From assembly GCA_035529675.1 (NCBI GenBank), contig DATKWG010000031.1:1-56517 (forward strand): a DNA stretch of 56,517 bases, given 5' to 3'. A program made the position numbers and the translations under genes. Source of the DNA: Anaerolineae bacterium. Its GTDB lineage: Bacteria > Chloroflexota > Anaerolineae > UBA1429. Below are positions 34,976 through 44,509 of the stretch, in pieces. A model generated the notes under the pieces. It was not told the origin of the DNA, did not search any database, and saw only the letters and a list, made by a program, of their open reading frames with translations. Within the stretch, counting starts at the first letter, position 1, and every line of letters begins with the position of its first letter.

Positions 34976-36208
34976 CTATTGGTCAGCTACTACTCGGAGT
35001 CTTCTGAAAGCCATGCTGGCCAGCGCGCGGATTCCGCCCGTCAGCATCAGTACGGTGCCAATGGTGGTCACATCGGCCAGAGCCGTGCCGAGCATGGGAG
35101 CCACGAATGCCGCCAGATTGGTCAGGAAGCTATTGGCGGCCACAAAGGTTGGGCGCTGCTCCTCGGGCGACACCCGGAATAGCAGGTTGGTGAGAAAGAG
35201 ATTCGTCCCCGCGCCGAATATCCCTCCCATGACGGCCGGAACCAAAAGCATCTCGGGAGTCCTGGCCAGAGCCATGGTGAAGGGATACAGACCCGCTCCG
35301 GTGCAACTCAACCACAGCCAGCGGCGATACTTCCTGCGGGTAAGCAAGCGCCCCAGGGCAAAGTAGGCAACAACTCCCACAAGCCGCTCCACAGTGAGCA
35401 GCACGCCGATCCAAGAGTCAGAGACACCGAGGGTACGCACCCGGTAGATGGTGTAGAGTGCCGTGGGCATCGACATGCCAAGGCGGAACAAGAAGGCGGC
35501 CATCGCGTAATTGCGGAACGCGGGTGTCCCCTTGATGACAAGCAGCATCTCGCGCAGCCCGCCGCGTTCTTTTCGTCTCTCCTCATCCTGTGGCGGCGCA
35601 GCGAGGTTTAGTTGAGACAAGGCGCATACACTGAGAAGCCCCACCACAAAGGCGCTGAGAAAGAGCATCTGGTAGTTGAGCGGGTAGGGCGCATAGTCCA
35701 GCCAGTATCCAGCAAGAAGCCCCACCGGGACGGCGACCAAGCCATTCAAGGCTCTGCGCATGCTGAGCATACCCAGACGCCTCTCTGGGGATGTGGCCTT
35801 TCCTAGTATGGTGGTGAAGGCGATGTTGAACGCGGAGCCCGGCACCGCCATCAGGCCGCCTGCCCCTACCAGGACGAAGGGTGCGATGGTTGGGGGCAAG
35901 AAAGGCAACAGCCCGAACAGGGCAACCATCGACCGAAAGAGCATGCGTCCCCAGTTTGCGGTAGCCGCCAGGCTCCTTCGGCGCTGCACAAACGAACCCA
36001 TGGGCAGCACGGTGAGCATCAGGACGAGAGCCGGCAGTGCGGTATACAGCCCAACCAGCCAGTTGGGCGCGCCCAGCCTCACCAGGAACACGGAGATGAA
36101 AGACATGGCGCCGGCCATGGAGACGGCCTGGGTTGCCGCCTCAGCATAGAGGACCCGCTCGTTGTGCCTCGTCGCCGACGGCGCAGCTCTTCCCCTTCTG
36201 GATAGCAT
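34976..36208 (-). CDS. MFS transporter
   Basis: About 12 hydrophobic segments. Start set at the ATG at 36208, just before TM1. The RBS is weak, so the start is uncertain (track start 36403). Confidence 0.7.
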   Translation of the reverse strand: MLSRRGRAAPSATRHNERVLYAEAATQAVSMAGAMSFISVFLVRLGAPNWLVGLYTALPALVLMLTVLPMGSFVQRRRSLAATANWGRMLFRSMVALFGLLPFLPPTIAPFVLVGAGGLMAVPGSAFNIAFTTILGKATSPERRLGMLSMRRALNGLVAVPVGLLAGYWLDYAPYPLNYQMLFLSAFVVGLLSVCALSQLNLAAPPQDEERRKERGGLREMLLVIKGTPAFRNYAMAAFLFRLGMSMPTALYTIYRVRTLGVSDSWIGVLLTVERLVGVVAYFALGRLLTRRKYRRWLWLSCTGAGLYPFTMALARTPEMLLVPAVMGGIFGAGTNLFLTNLLFRVSPEEQRPTFVAANSFLTNLAAFVAPMLGTALADVTTIGTVLMLTGGIRALASMAFRRLRVVADQ

Positions 36209-36677
36209 GTGTCGCAGGCGATGCCTCAGTCGTGCTGGGGCGATGGCGAAGCAGGATCTGGCGACGAGTCCCTTGCTTTTTCTTGGTTTGCTGTCTGGTG
36301 CTTTGGTCTGCGCGTTTGACTTGTTCAACACTGATCCCCCAGCCTGGTAATCTGAGCCCGAATCGCCTCGACCATCGGGCAGGTTCTGGCCGCGCCTGTG
36401 CATCTTGCTCTATCCAAAAGAGTAATCGCGACCCCAAGGATAATGGTGGGATGACGACTGGAGACCACCGTGAACGTCGCAGGCGCTCGCAGCATCTCTC
36501 GCGCATGCCCCATCGTATCCACTCCCATACAGCCCCTCGGCACAGCGCCAAATGGGGCAACGGTCGATTCTCTGCTCCGGGTGGCGCAAAAAACACGGAT
36601 CAGAACCCGATTCTGACCCGCCAAGAGTCTGCCATCACCGCCAAGCCGTGTCAAGTCGGATGACCATCCTGCCAACC

Positions 36678-36706
36678 TTGCGCCACATGCAATCGTGTGC
36701 TACTCT
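36678..36706 (+). promoter_or_regulatory. promoter of the M20 peptidase gene (TTGCGC-17-TACTCT)
   Basis: TTGCGCcacatgcaatcgtgtgcTACTCT. It lies downstream of the ATGs at 36552 and 36660. Confidence 0.45.
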
Positions 36707-36782
36707 CAGACCCGCGCCCGCCAGTATCCTGCACCCATTGGCCCAGGCTTTTGGGGTGCGTACGAGCGAAGGAGGGATTGGA

Positions 36783-38141
36783 TTGGAGCTGCCAGACAGT
36801 CGATTCAGGAACCAGGTTGTCGATGTGCTGCGCGACCTTGTGCGCATCGATACGACGAATCCGCCAGGGAACGAGACTGCGTGCGGCCGGTATCTGGCCC
36901 GGCTCCTTGCGGATGCAGGTATCGCCACGCGCATCGTCGAGTCCAAGCCCGGCCGGGGCAATCTCATCGCCCGGATACCCGGCTCTGGTGAGGGCAAGCC
37001 CTTGATGTTCATGGGCCACCTCGACGTGGTCTCGGCGGATCCCAGCGAATGGCAGTATCCTCCCTTTGCGGCAGAGGTGCACGACGGCTTCGTTTGGGGA
37101 AGAGGCACAACTGACATGAAGAACATGATTGCGGCTTGTGCCGTGACCATGCTGGCGTTGGCCAGTCTGGGGCAGCCTCTGAAGCGCGATCTCCTCTTTG
37201 TGGCCACGGCAGATGAAGAACACGGAGGACGACATGGGATGGGCTGGCTGACGCGCGAGATGCCCGAGCTCTTTCAGGTGGCCTGCGCGATCAACGAGGG
37301 GGGTGGCAAGGCCATCAAGGTGGGCGACAGACTGTACTACACCTGCCAATCGGCCGAGAAGGGGATCTGCCGCACCGTCTGGCGTGCGCAAGCCAAGGGA
37401 GGCCACGGTGCCTATCCCCGCCAGGACACCTCCACCATGAAGCTGAGTCAGGCTCTGTGCGAATTGGGCGACGGCCACTTGCGGCCTCATGCGACGGATA
37501 CCATGCGCACGGCCCTGCGCGCCATCGCTGGCTCACATTCGGAAGAGGCCGCTCGCCGCGTTGACGGTCTGCTCGAAAGCGGCCAAGTGGAAGAGGCGAT
37601 GGTGGAGGCGGGTTTCGGTGCTGACGATGTCGTGCGTCACCGAGCCCTCTTCTACGACACAGCTTCGATCACTTCCCTGCGGGCGGGCGACCCGGCCAGC
37701 ATCAACGTCATCCCGGCTGTGGCCACTGCCTACGTGGACTGCCGCATCCTGCCCGGGCAGACCCGCGAGGGCTTTCTGAGGTTGCTGCGCGAGCGTGCGG
37801 GTGGCCAGGTAGAGATCGGTCTCTACGCAGAGCAGTATTCGCCGGGGTTGGAGTCATCCACGGAAGCACCGATCTTTCGTGTTATATCCCAGGTGATCGC
37901 CGACCACGTCGAAGGGGCAGTCGTCGTGCCGTGGCAGTGTGCTGGCTCCACCGACGCCAAGCACCTGATCCGTCTGGGAGTGCCCGTCTACGGCTTCGTG
38001 CCCACCAACCCCCTGCCAGATGGAATGGAGGGCGCGGGAGCTCACGCAAACAACGAGAGGGTGTGGATCGAGAACCTGCACTTCTCCCTGCAAGTCCTAT
38101 ATGAGATCGCCCACCGCTTTTGCACCCAGCCCCAACAATAG
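36783..38141 (+). CDS. M20/M25/M40 family metallo-hydrolase (ArgE/DapE/CPG2-like)
   Basis: LVRIDTTNPPGNE...GHLDVV...W..PPF......G...GRG..DMK...ADEE.GG. The TTG at 36783 lies 6 nt after GAAGGAGGG and was chosen over upstream ATGs that precede the predicted promoter. Confidence 0.8.
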   Translation: MELPDSRFRNQVVDVLRDLVRIDTTNPPGNETACGRYLARLLADAGIATRIVESKPGRGNLIARIPGSGEGKPLMFMGHLDVVSADPSEWQYPPFAAEVHDGFVWGRGTTDMKNMIAACAVTMLALASLGQPLKRDLLFVATADEEHGGRHGMGWLTREMPELFQVACAINEGGGKAIKVGDRLYYTCQSAEKGICRTVWRAQAKGGHGAYPRQDTSTMKLSQALCELGDGHLRPHATDTMRTALRAIAGSHSEEAARRVDGLLESGQVEEAMVEAGFGADDVVRHRALFYDTASITSLRAGDPASINVIPAVATAYVDCRILPGQTREGFLRLLRERAGGQVEIGLYAEQYSPGLESSTEAPIFRVISQVIADHVEGAVVVPWQCAGSTDAKHLIRLGVPVYGFVPTNPLPDGMEGAGAHANNERVWIENLHFSLQVLYEIAHRFCTQPQQ

Positions 38142-38223
38142 CCGCGGAGCGGCCAAGTCGCTCCCATTGAGTTCGGGTCTGCAGTGCTAACGGAGGCGCG
38201 GGAGCCAGGAATGCTTGGCTGGC

Positions 38224-38251
38224 TTGCGCACCTCATCACCTGTGATATAAT
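38224..38251 (+). promoter_or_regulatory. promoter of rsfS (TTGCGC-16-TATAAT, TGA extended -10)
   Basis: TTGCGCacctcatcacctgtgaTATAAT. Confidence 0.45.
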
Positions 38252-38323
38252 CCTCAAGGGTCTACCCTGGCACTGACCTCTCCGACGGGTTAGTGGAGGA
38301 GGAACGCTCTGGAACTGACAGAC

Positions 38324-38656
38324 ATGGCCCGGATCATCACCGATCTGATCGTGGACAAGATGGGGTCTGACGTCCTGCTGCTTGACCTCTCCCAGATCAC
38401 GCTGATCGCCGACTACTTTGTCATCGCGACCGGAGACAGCGAGAGACAGCTAAGGGCAATGCAGGAGGACCTCGTCTACGGTCTCAAGAAAGACTACGGC
38501 ATCAACCCCCTGTCGGTCGAAGGCTCAGGATCATCGGGCTGGATACTCATAGACTATGGTAGTATTGTGGTGCACCTCTTCTCCCAAGCTCAGCGCAGCC
38601 GCTATCGGCTTGAGGACCTGTGGGGGGAGGGGCGCACCGTCGTGCGCATAGCCTGA
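38324..38656 (+). CDS. rsfS: ribosome silencing factor RsfS
   Basis: D.....DV..LD......IADYFVIATG.S.RQ..A......Y.LK.......EG.....W.L.DYG..VVH.F....R..Y.LE.LW. Confidence 0.85.
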   Translation: MARIITDLIVDKMGSDVLLLDLSQITLIADYFVIATGDSERQLRAMQEDLVYGLKKDYGINPLSVEGSGSSGWILIDYGSIVVHLFSQAQRSRYRLEDLWGEGRTVVRIA

Positions 38657-38705
38657 AGCCGCCATGCACGGCAAGCCGTCGCGCGCGAGATGCCGGAACA
38701 ACTGA

Positions 38706-38729
38706 GGGCCACTTCCCACGAAGTGGCCC
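38706..38729. terminator. 10-bp perfect hairpin between convergent rsfS and ndk (possible bidirectional terminator, no clear U-tract)
   Basis: GGGCCACTTC-ccac-GAAGTGGCCC. Confidence 0.4.
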
Positions 38730-38755
38730 CCCTAGGTCATGGTTCCAAGACCTGG

Positions 38756-39205
38756 CTATCCAAATGCCCACCGATCGGTGTCGCGTGGCCAGCTCACCAG
38801 CTCGTTCTCGCCAAAGAAGAGGGCCACCTCTGTGCGGGCAGTGTCTGGCCCGTCGGAACCGTGAACAAGATTGCGCAGGATATCCAGGGCATAGTCTCCT
38901 CGAATGGTGCCAGGTGCGGCGTTGACCGGATTGGTGGCACCCATGGTGAGGCGCACTGCCTCGATCGCCTTTGGACCCTCCACCACCATCACCACTACGG
39001 GTGCTGAGCTGATGTACTCGACAAGCCCCTCAAAGAACGGCTTTCCCCTGTGTACGCTGTAGTGGCGCCGGGCCAGCTCCTCATCTATCTGCATCAGCTT
39101 CATGCCCACGATCTTCAGGCCGCGACGCTCCAACCTGGAGACGGTCTCGCCGATGAGTCCGCGCTGCACTGCGTCAGGTTTGATGATGACCAACGTCCTC
39201 TCCAT
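38756..39205 (-). CDS. ndk: nucleoside-diphosphate kinase
   Basis: MERTLVIIKPDAVQRGLIGE...GATNP..A.PGTIRGD.A......N.VHGSD. Confidence 0.95.
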   Translation of the reverse strand: MERTLVIIKPDAVQRGLIGETVSRLERRGLKIVGMKLMQIDEELARRHYSVHRGKPFFEGLVEYISSAPVVVMVVEGPKAIEAVRLTMGATNPVNAAPGTIRGDYALDILRNLVHGSDGPDTARTEVALFFGENELVSWPRDTDRWAFG

Positions 39206-39259
39206 CTGCTGTTATCATCCCTCCCGTGCTGCTTGTTCGTGGCTGGAGCTTGGGCCGCT

Positions 39260-40726
39260 CTACTGCCACTGCGGTGGCTCGCGATGTCCTTTCTCCCGAG
39301 CGGCGGCGAGCAGTTGCTGAACGGCCGGGGTGCGTGGGTAGATCCTGCTGAGGAGATCCAGATCGTGGATGACCTCGCGAAGGGTCCCATAGTCCTCCTC
39401 AACCAGTCCAGCATAGTACTTTAGGGCGTCGTTGAGTTTGAGGGCATCCCGCAGTCGCCGAGCCAGATCCAACTGAGCTTGATAGTCCTTGGTATGATCT
39501 TTTACATACTGTCGCCGGACGTCGATCAACGACATCCCCTCCCAGTCAATGGCCCTGGCCAGCTCCTCGACTCTTCTATGCCTTTCTGCCTGGCGCTCTC
39601 TCTCCTTCTCGGCTGCGAGGCCATCCGCGCCCCCCGCCTCCCGCAGAGTGTCTTGGGGCATCTCTCGGGTTGGCATGCTCGGAGGTGCACCCCGCACCTC
39701 GCCCGCGATCGTCGTTCTCGTGCCTGCCATGGCCCCGGTATCTGCGAGACCCTGTTCGGCGAACGACGACGTTTCGCCACTCCGGCTTGCCGCCTGGGGG
39801 CCACGCATGCCCTCTCTGCCGGGTTCGGCATCCGCCGTCCCGACACCGTGAGCCTGGCCCCGCGCGGGAGTGTCGCCCCGCTCTCCAACGACTGGGCGAT
39901 AATCTGACTCTGGACCTTCTTCGTCGTCAGCATAGGGCAGATCGATGGCAGGAACGTCTTGATCTCTGAGAGGCAGCCGGCCCACGCGGGGAGGCAAGGG
40001 CGACCGATCGCCAAGAACCGCCTGGGCGGTGACGTTCTCCGGGTCGAGGGATTGCGCTCGTTGCAGGAGGGCCCTGGCCTGGTCGTCCCTTTCAGTGTTC
40101 AGCCAAATCTGTCCCAAGATGAGGTTAGCCTTCAGGCAATTCGGCAATTCGGCAAGCAGAGCCTGACACACGGTCTCAGCATCCTCATAGAGCCTGCCGA
40201 GCCACAGGGTCTCGGCAAGAGCCACGCGCAGATCGAAGCGATGCTCCTTGGTGGCCAGCAACTCGCGCAACTCGCCAGTCGCTTTGGAGTAGAGCTGCCC
40301 ACGCATGTAGGTCCGCGCCAGGGCGGCTCGCGTCAACTTGATGCGCTCGATAGCCGACAAGCCACGCCCCCTGTACAGGCGCTGGAACTCTCGGCGTATC
40401 TCTTCGTTGCCAGGCGAAAGCTCAAGAGCCCGTTGCAGGTGCCCCAGGGCCTCCTCTGGCAGGCCCTGCTCCTCACAGATCGCCGCCAGGCTGACATGAG
40501 ACTCCACATGCTCCGGATCGGCGCTGAGAACCCTTTGGAGCAGGTTGACCGCCTTTGCGCGTTCGCCCAGCAGAAGATAGGCTCGCGCCAGCAGGCTGCA
40601 AACGCCGATGTGCTTGGGGAACGCTTCAAGAATGCGGCGACACACGGCAACTGCCTCGGCAGCTCCGTCTGCACTGATCAAGTCCAGGGCTCGCTTGCAC
40701 TGACCCCGCAGGGTGAGGTCTGCCAT
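39260..40726 (-). CDS. tetratricopeptide repeat protein
   Basis: The N-terminal ~250 aa are TPR units (A...Y..LG....A......AL...P). A low-complexity linker and a helical C-terminal domain follow. Confidence 0.75.
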   Translation of the reverse strand: MADLTLRGQCKRALDLISADGAAEAVAVCRRILEAFPKHIGVCSLLARAYLLLGERAKAVNLLQRVLSADPEHVESHVSLAAICEEQGLPEEALGHLQRALELSPGNEEIRREFQRLYRGRGLSAIERIKLTRAALARTYMRGQLYSKATGELRELLATKEHRFDLRVALAETLWLGRLYEDAETVCQALLAELPNCLKANLILGQIWLNTERDDQARALLQRAQSLDPENVTAQAVLGDRSPLPPRVGRLPLRDQDVPAIDLPYADDEEGPESDYRPVVGERGDTPARGQAHGVGTADAEPGREGMRGPQAASRSGETSSFAEQGLADTGAMAGTRTTIAGEVRGAPPSMPTREMPQDTLREAGGADGLAAEKERERQAERHRRVEELARAIDWEGMSLIDVRRQYVKDHTKDYQAQLDLARRLRDALKLNDALKYYAGLVEEDYGTLREVIHDLDLLSRIYPRTPAVQQLLAAAREKGHREPPQWQ

Positions 40727-40888
40727 GCTAGTCCCCCTTCACCGAACAACAAGTCAACACCTGCACGGCACAGGACGCCGCCAGAGTCCAGGCCCTTTCG
40801 AGCATCAGTCAGCGAGCAAACACAAGGCCCGACTCTGGCAGGCGCGTTGCGCGTGCGGGCACGATCAAGCTGGCCATGCGCCAGGCGC

Positions 40889-40917
40889 ATTATGCAGCCG
40901 ATCCACACCGGTGTCAA
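40889..40917 (-). promoter_or_regulatory. promoter of the TPR gene (TTGACA-17-CATAAT)
   Basis: The minus strand reads TTGACAccggtgtggatcggctgCATAAT. It gives a leader of about 155 nt. Confidence 0.5.
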
Positions 40918-40952
40918 CAGCAGAGTCGAGAGCATCCAACAAACGCGCAACC

Positions 40953-41076
40953 TCACAGGTGAGCCGTAGCACAGCGAAGGCGAATAATCTCGGTCTTTGT
41001 GGAGTTGAGACTTTTCGCTTCGCTCAAACTTGCGCTCAGGGTGACAGACGTGAGCAGAGTGTCGATCTTTTTCGAC
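40953..41076 (+). repeat. MITE-like repeat family A, copy A5 (divergent)
   Basis: TCACAGGTGAGCCGTAGCACAGCGAAGGCGAATAATCTC...GCGCTCAGGGTGACAGACGTGAGCAGAGTGTCGATCTTTTTCGAC. Confidence 0.65.
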
Positions 41077-41438
41077 GGCCTCGAGTCTGTAGGCGGCTGA
41101 CGCATGACGGGTGCTGCTGTGAGAGAGCTACGAGGACTCTCATTTGTACTTGGGACATACTCGAGGAGCGCCGATGGCTGGATGTCGGTCGATAGGCGAG
41201 GAAGGGGATCATCAAGCCTCAGTCGCACCAGTGGGGTGGCTGGCAATGGACCGATTCCTGCCCAACAACACTCGTGAGCCAAAGTCTCTGTGCAGACCCC
41301 CGAAACTAGGGCGGCTGGATCTTTTGGGAACAACAGACTATGCAGATCACGCAGCACTCAACTTGGGTTCGAGGATGACCGACACCGCCCGTTTCAAGAC
41401 AGGTGTAGAGTCACAATAGCAGCATCCCGGGCACAGAG

Positions 41439-42329
41439 TCAGTCGTCCAAGCTCTCGAGTATTTGTTTGAGCTGTCGGCATTCTTCCTCTGATGCTGGCA
41501 GCAGCGGTCTCCGAGGCGAGCCGACGGGTTTGCCCAACATCTCCAAGCCGGCCTTGACCAGCTGGACATATCTGCCCGTTGATTCCAACATGTTGAAGAG
41601 AGGGAGCAGTCCGAAGTACAGATCCCTTGCCTGGCCCATGTTCTGCTCCACTACCGCCAGCCTGTAGATTCTAACGCATAGTTGTGGTATAAAGTTCGCG
41701 GGCGGAGCAACCCATCCCTGAACGCCCATGGCGAACATCTCCAGAGCGAGATTGTCGCTGCCACAGAAGATCGTCATCTTGTCACCACACAGACGCATGA
41801 TCTCGGCAACACGGTGCATGTCACCTGAGCTCTCTTTGACGTAGCGTATCGGGTCGAGTCCCGCGAGGCGAGCGATCAGAGAGGGCTGCATATCGACGCC
41901 AGACGTGCCCGGATTGTTGTACACCATGATGGGGATGTCTATGTTGGCAGCGAGGGTCCTGTAGTGTTCATAGAGCTCTTCCTCTCCGGGATGGCAGTAG
42001 TATGGTGCCACAACCATCAATCCATCGGCCCCGGCTTCCTGAGCGTACTGCGAATAGATCACGGTGTCCCTTGTCGAAACCGCCGCAGAGCCGACTATCA
42101 CGGGAACTCGGCCGCCGATTTCATCGATCACGACATCCACAACGCGCTTCCGTTCTTGCTCCGATAGCGCGGCGAACTCTCCGGTGCTCCCCGTGGGAAT
42201 GATGCCCTGTACGCCGCCTTCATCCACCAGAAACCTGACGTGGGATCTCAGAGCGACCTCATCTACCTCTGCGGACTCGCCAAAGGGCGTGCAGATCACT
42301 GCATATACCCCTCTGAATCTCTCGGTCAC
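41439..42329 (-). CDS. dihydrodipicolinate synthase family protein (second DapA-type paralogue)
   Basis: GVYAVICTPF...GIIPTGSTGE...VVAPYY...YVKESSGD. GTG start 7 nt after AAGGAG. Confidence 0.85.
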   Translation of the reverse strand: MTERFRGVYAVICTPFGESAEVDEVALRSHVRFLVDEGGVQGIIPTGSTGEFAALSEQERKRVVDVVIDEIGGRVPVIVGSAAVSTRDTVIYSQYAQEAGADGLMVVAPYYCHPGEEELYEHYRTLAANIDIPIMVYNNPGTSGVDMQPSLIARLAGLDPIRYVKESSGDMHRVAEIMRLCGDKMTIFCGSDNLALEMFAMGVQGWVAPPANFIPQLCVRIYRLAVVEQNMGQARDLYFGLLPLFNMLESTGRYVQLVKAGLEMLGKPVGSPRRPLLPASEEECRQLKQILESLDD

Positions 42330-42406
42330 GATACAGCTCCTTGTGATTCGATCACTGAACGGTATACATCTTGGCGAGGGGTGCGGCCAGCCTCTTGTCT
42401 GTTCTT

Positions 42407-44044
42407 CTATGCTGCCTCGCCGGGTTCACTACGCAACCGATTCAGCCTTCTCTCGATCTCCCTAGAAGTTCTGGTGACGGAAAGTCCGCCAAGCGCCGTG
42501 CATCGCAGTTCGACCGGGATACTCCTGCCAACCTTATCCATCGTGTCGATGACTTCGTCCAGCGGTATGACGGCATCGAAATCGGCCAGGGCCATATTGG
42601 CGCAGGCCAGGGCATTGCTGGCGGCCAGGACGTTCCTGCCGAGGCAAGGCACTTCAACCCGGTTCGCCACCGGATCGCAGATCATTCCCAGGATGTTCTG
42701 CAGCGCCATCGAGGCGGCCCCTGTGGCCTGCTCGACAGTGCCTTTTGCCAATGTGACCAGCGCTGCAGCGGCCATACCCGAGCCAGCACCGCATTCAGCC
42801 TGACATCCACACACCTCGGCGGCGAAGGTCGAGTGGGCCGCGATGAACACACCGATCATCCCCGCTGCAAGCATGGCCTCTGTCATGTCATCCAGAGAAA
42901 GCCCCATGGCGCTGGCCGCCCCAATACATGCTCCGGGAAGCCCGCCACAAGCCCCCGCTGTAGGGGCTGCGACGATGATGCCCATCGAGCTCTTCATCTC
43001 CATCATGGCCGTCACATAGAGGATCATCCGGTTGAGCAGGCCAGCATCGAGAAGGCGATTGTGCTCCATCCTCGCGGCAAAGCGCCCGGACTGATACCCG
43101 AGGATTCTGTCCGCATACTCGGTGCCTTGGAGCCCTACGAGTATGGATTGCTGCATGATGCCGACGATGTCCCTCATCGTCTGGAACACCTGCTCATGAG
43201 ACATGTTGCCGCGCGTGCTCTCATAGTGGATGGCTAGTTGCCACAGTTCGAGACCTCGGGATTTGCTGTAATCGAGCATCTGCTCACAGGTTATGAACGG
43301 TACTCGAGTCTCCCTGCGCGACATCACCGGCAAGACCGGTCCGAGCCTTTTGATCGCCCGTACTCTGTAGCTTGCGCAAAGACCGGCAATGACCTGCTCA
43401 TCTAGAAACCTCTGGGCCTTGATCTCGATGAGTTGTGTATCTGGTCCCCTCAGGAGCCGGATTTCGTCAGCATCGTCACGTTCCTTCAGGTATCGGAGTA
43501 CCTGATCTGCACCCGCATCAAGATAGATGAGTGTCTCATAGTAGTCGCCGGTCATCGATACTCTGATGCCGTCGATCTCGATAACCTCTATCATTCCTCC
43601 GCCCGTAGAGACGGCGATCATCTCATGCTGTGTCGCTGCGTTCTTGAGCGTCAGCTTGTAGGTATTGGGGTGTTCGGCGCCATAGTCCGAAATACTGATG
43701 GTGGTCTTGATGCCGGCCTCCTGGAGGAATCTGGCAGAATCGACGAGTCTTTCGTCAGAGGCCTCCCAACCCAGAAAGCCGCCAAAGAGTCCCATGTCAG
43801 ATCCCTGCGTATCGTGGGTTGTTGCCAGCGAACCCCTTGGGTCAAACTCGATGCGAATTTCACTTAAGTCGCCCTCCATTAGGTCTCTGGCCATTCTTCC
43901 GATCCGCACCGAAGCCGCGCAATGGGAGCTGGATGGCCCTCTCATGACCGGGCCGATCACATCGTTAAAGATGCTAGGATAGTACACTGGAGGGGTGCTC
44001 GAATCTCCTCTGGGGGCCGCTTGATCCTGTTCGCTTCTCATCAT
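42407..44044 (-). CDS. sdaA: L-serine ammonia-lyase, iron-sulfur dependent, fused beta-alpha form
   Basis: SIFNDVIGPVMRGPSSSHCAA (beta N-terminus) and alpha-domain motifs AAPTAGACGG.PG, AEVCGCQAECG and CDPV...VEVPC. Confidence 0.85.
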   Translation of the reverse strand: MMRSEQDQAAPRGDSSTPPVYYPSIFNDVIGPVMRGPSSSHCAASVRIGRMARDLMEGDLSEIRIEFDPRGSLATTHDTQGSDMGLFGGFLGWEASDERLVDSARFLQEAGIKTTISISDYGAEHPNTYKLTLKNAATQHEMIAVSTGGGMIEVIEIDGIRVSMTGDYYETLIYLDAGADQVLRYLKERDDADEIRLLRGPDTQLIEIKAQRFLDEQVIAGLCASYRVRAIKRLGPVLPVMSRRETRVPFITCEQMLDYSKSRGLELWQLAIHYESTRGNMSHEQVFQTMRDIVGIMQQSILVGLQGTEYADRILGYQSGRFAARMEHNRLLDAGLLNRMILYVTAMMEMKSSMGIIVAAPTAGACGGLPGACIGAASAMGLSLDDMTEAMLAAGMIGVFIAAHSTFAAEVCGCQAECGAGSGMAAAALVTLAKGTVEQATGAASMALQNILGMICDPVANRVEVPCLGRNVLAASNALACANMALADFDAVIPLDEVIDTMDKVGRSIPVELRCTALGGLSVTRTSREIERRLNRLRSEPGEAA

Positions 44045-44086
44045 TGCCCTTTGCCTGCGAAACCGGCTTTCATCTTGGCCATCATC

Positions 44087-44164
44087 TCAAAGTAGCTCAA
44101 AATGATCTGGGGTACGTCCCAAATACGAAAGGTCCGGAGGCTCTCTCACGGCATCATACTTCAT
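44087..44164 (-). other. 25-codon uORF candidate in the sdaA leader (MKYDAVREPPDLSYLGRTPDHFELL)
   Basis: AGGAGG, then 7 nt, then ATG. The stop lies 42 nt before the sdaA ATG. A CCUCC anti-SD lies 30 nt downstream of the SD. There is no homology evidence. Confidence 0.15.
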
Positions 44165-44320
44165 GCGGCGACCTCCTGCAACCGAATCCAACAGCACGCG
44201 CCTGGAGCACAGATTGCCTGCTCTGCGCAAGCTCTCTCGGTCACCCGCGACAAAGAAGGCTGGTTCTCTCTAGGTTGCGCATCGCCTGCGCCGCCGTTGA
44301 GGCAGTTCTCTACCGGGCGC

Positions 44321-44349
44321 ATCATGCACTGGGTCGCGACCAGTGTCAA
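44321..44349 (-). promoter_or_regulatory. promoter of the sdaA / dapA-like operon (TTGACA-17-CATGAT)
   Basis: The minus strand reads TTGACActggtcgcgacccagtgCATGAT. It implies a leader of about 270 nt. Confidence 0.45.
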
Positions 44350-44509
44350 CAGCAGGCAGCATCTCTCAGAGTGCAAAGTGAGGGCGGGTCAACATCCGTT
44401 GCCCACCGACCTCTCTAGGTTCCTGCAGAACATCTCATGGCGAATGGTGGCCGAAAGATCGGCTGGCCCCCGGGCAAGACCACCACCGAGGTAGGAGGCA
44501 CGGGCTGCT

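Noticed and set aside
44041-44320. Lysine (L-box) or glycine riboswitch in the sdaA leader: GGAGGTCGCCGCATGAAG versus the L-box GAGCGUCGCCGAAG, and CAGGCAAAGGGCA versus the glycine CAGGCAAAAGGAC.
   Set aside because: Only isolated short matches. The other obligatory conserved blocks are absent or out of order (AGAGGCGC and GGAACUGUCA for lysine; CUCUGGAGAG and ACCGAAGGGGCAA for glycine). It is kept only as an unclassified leader.
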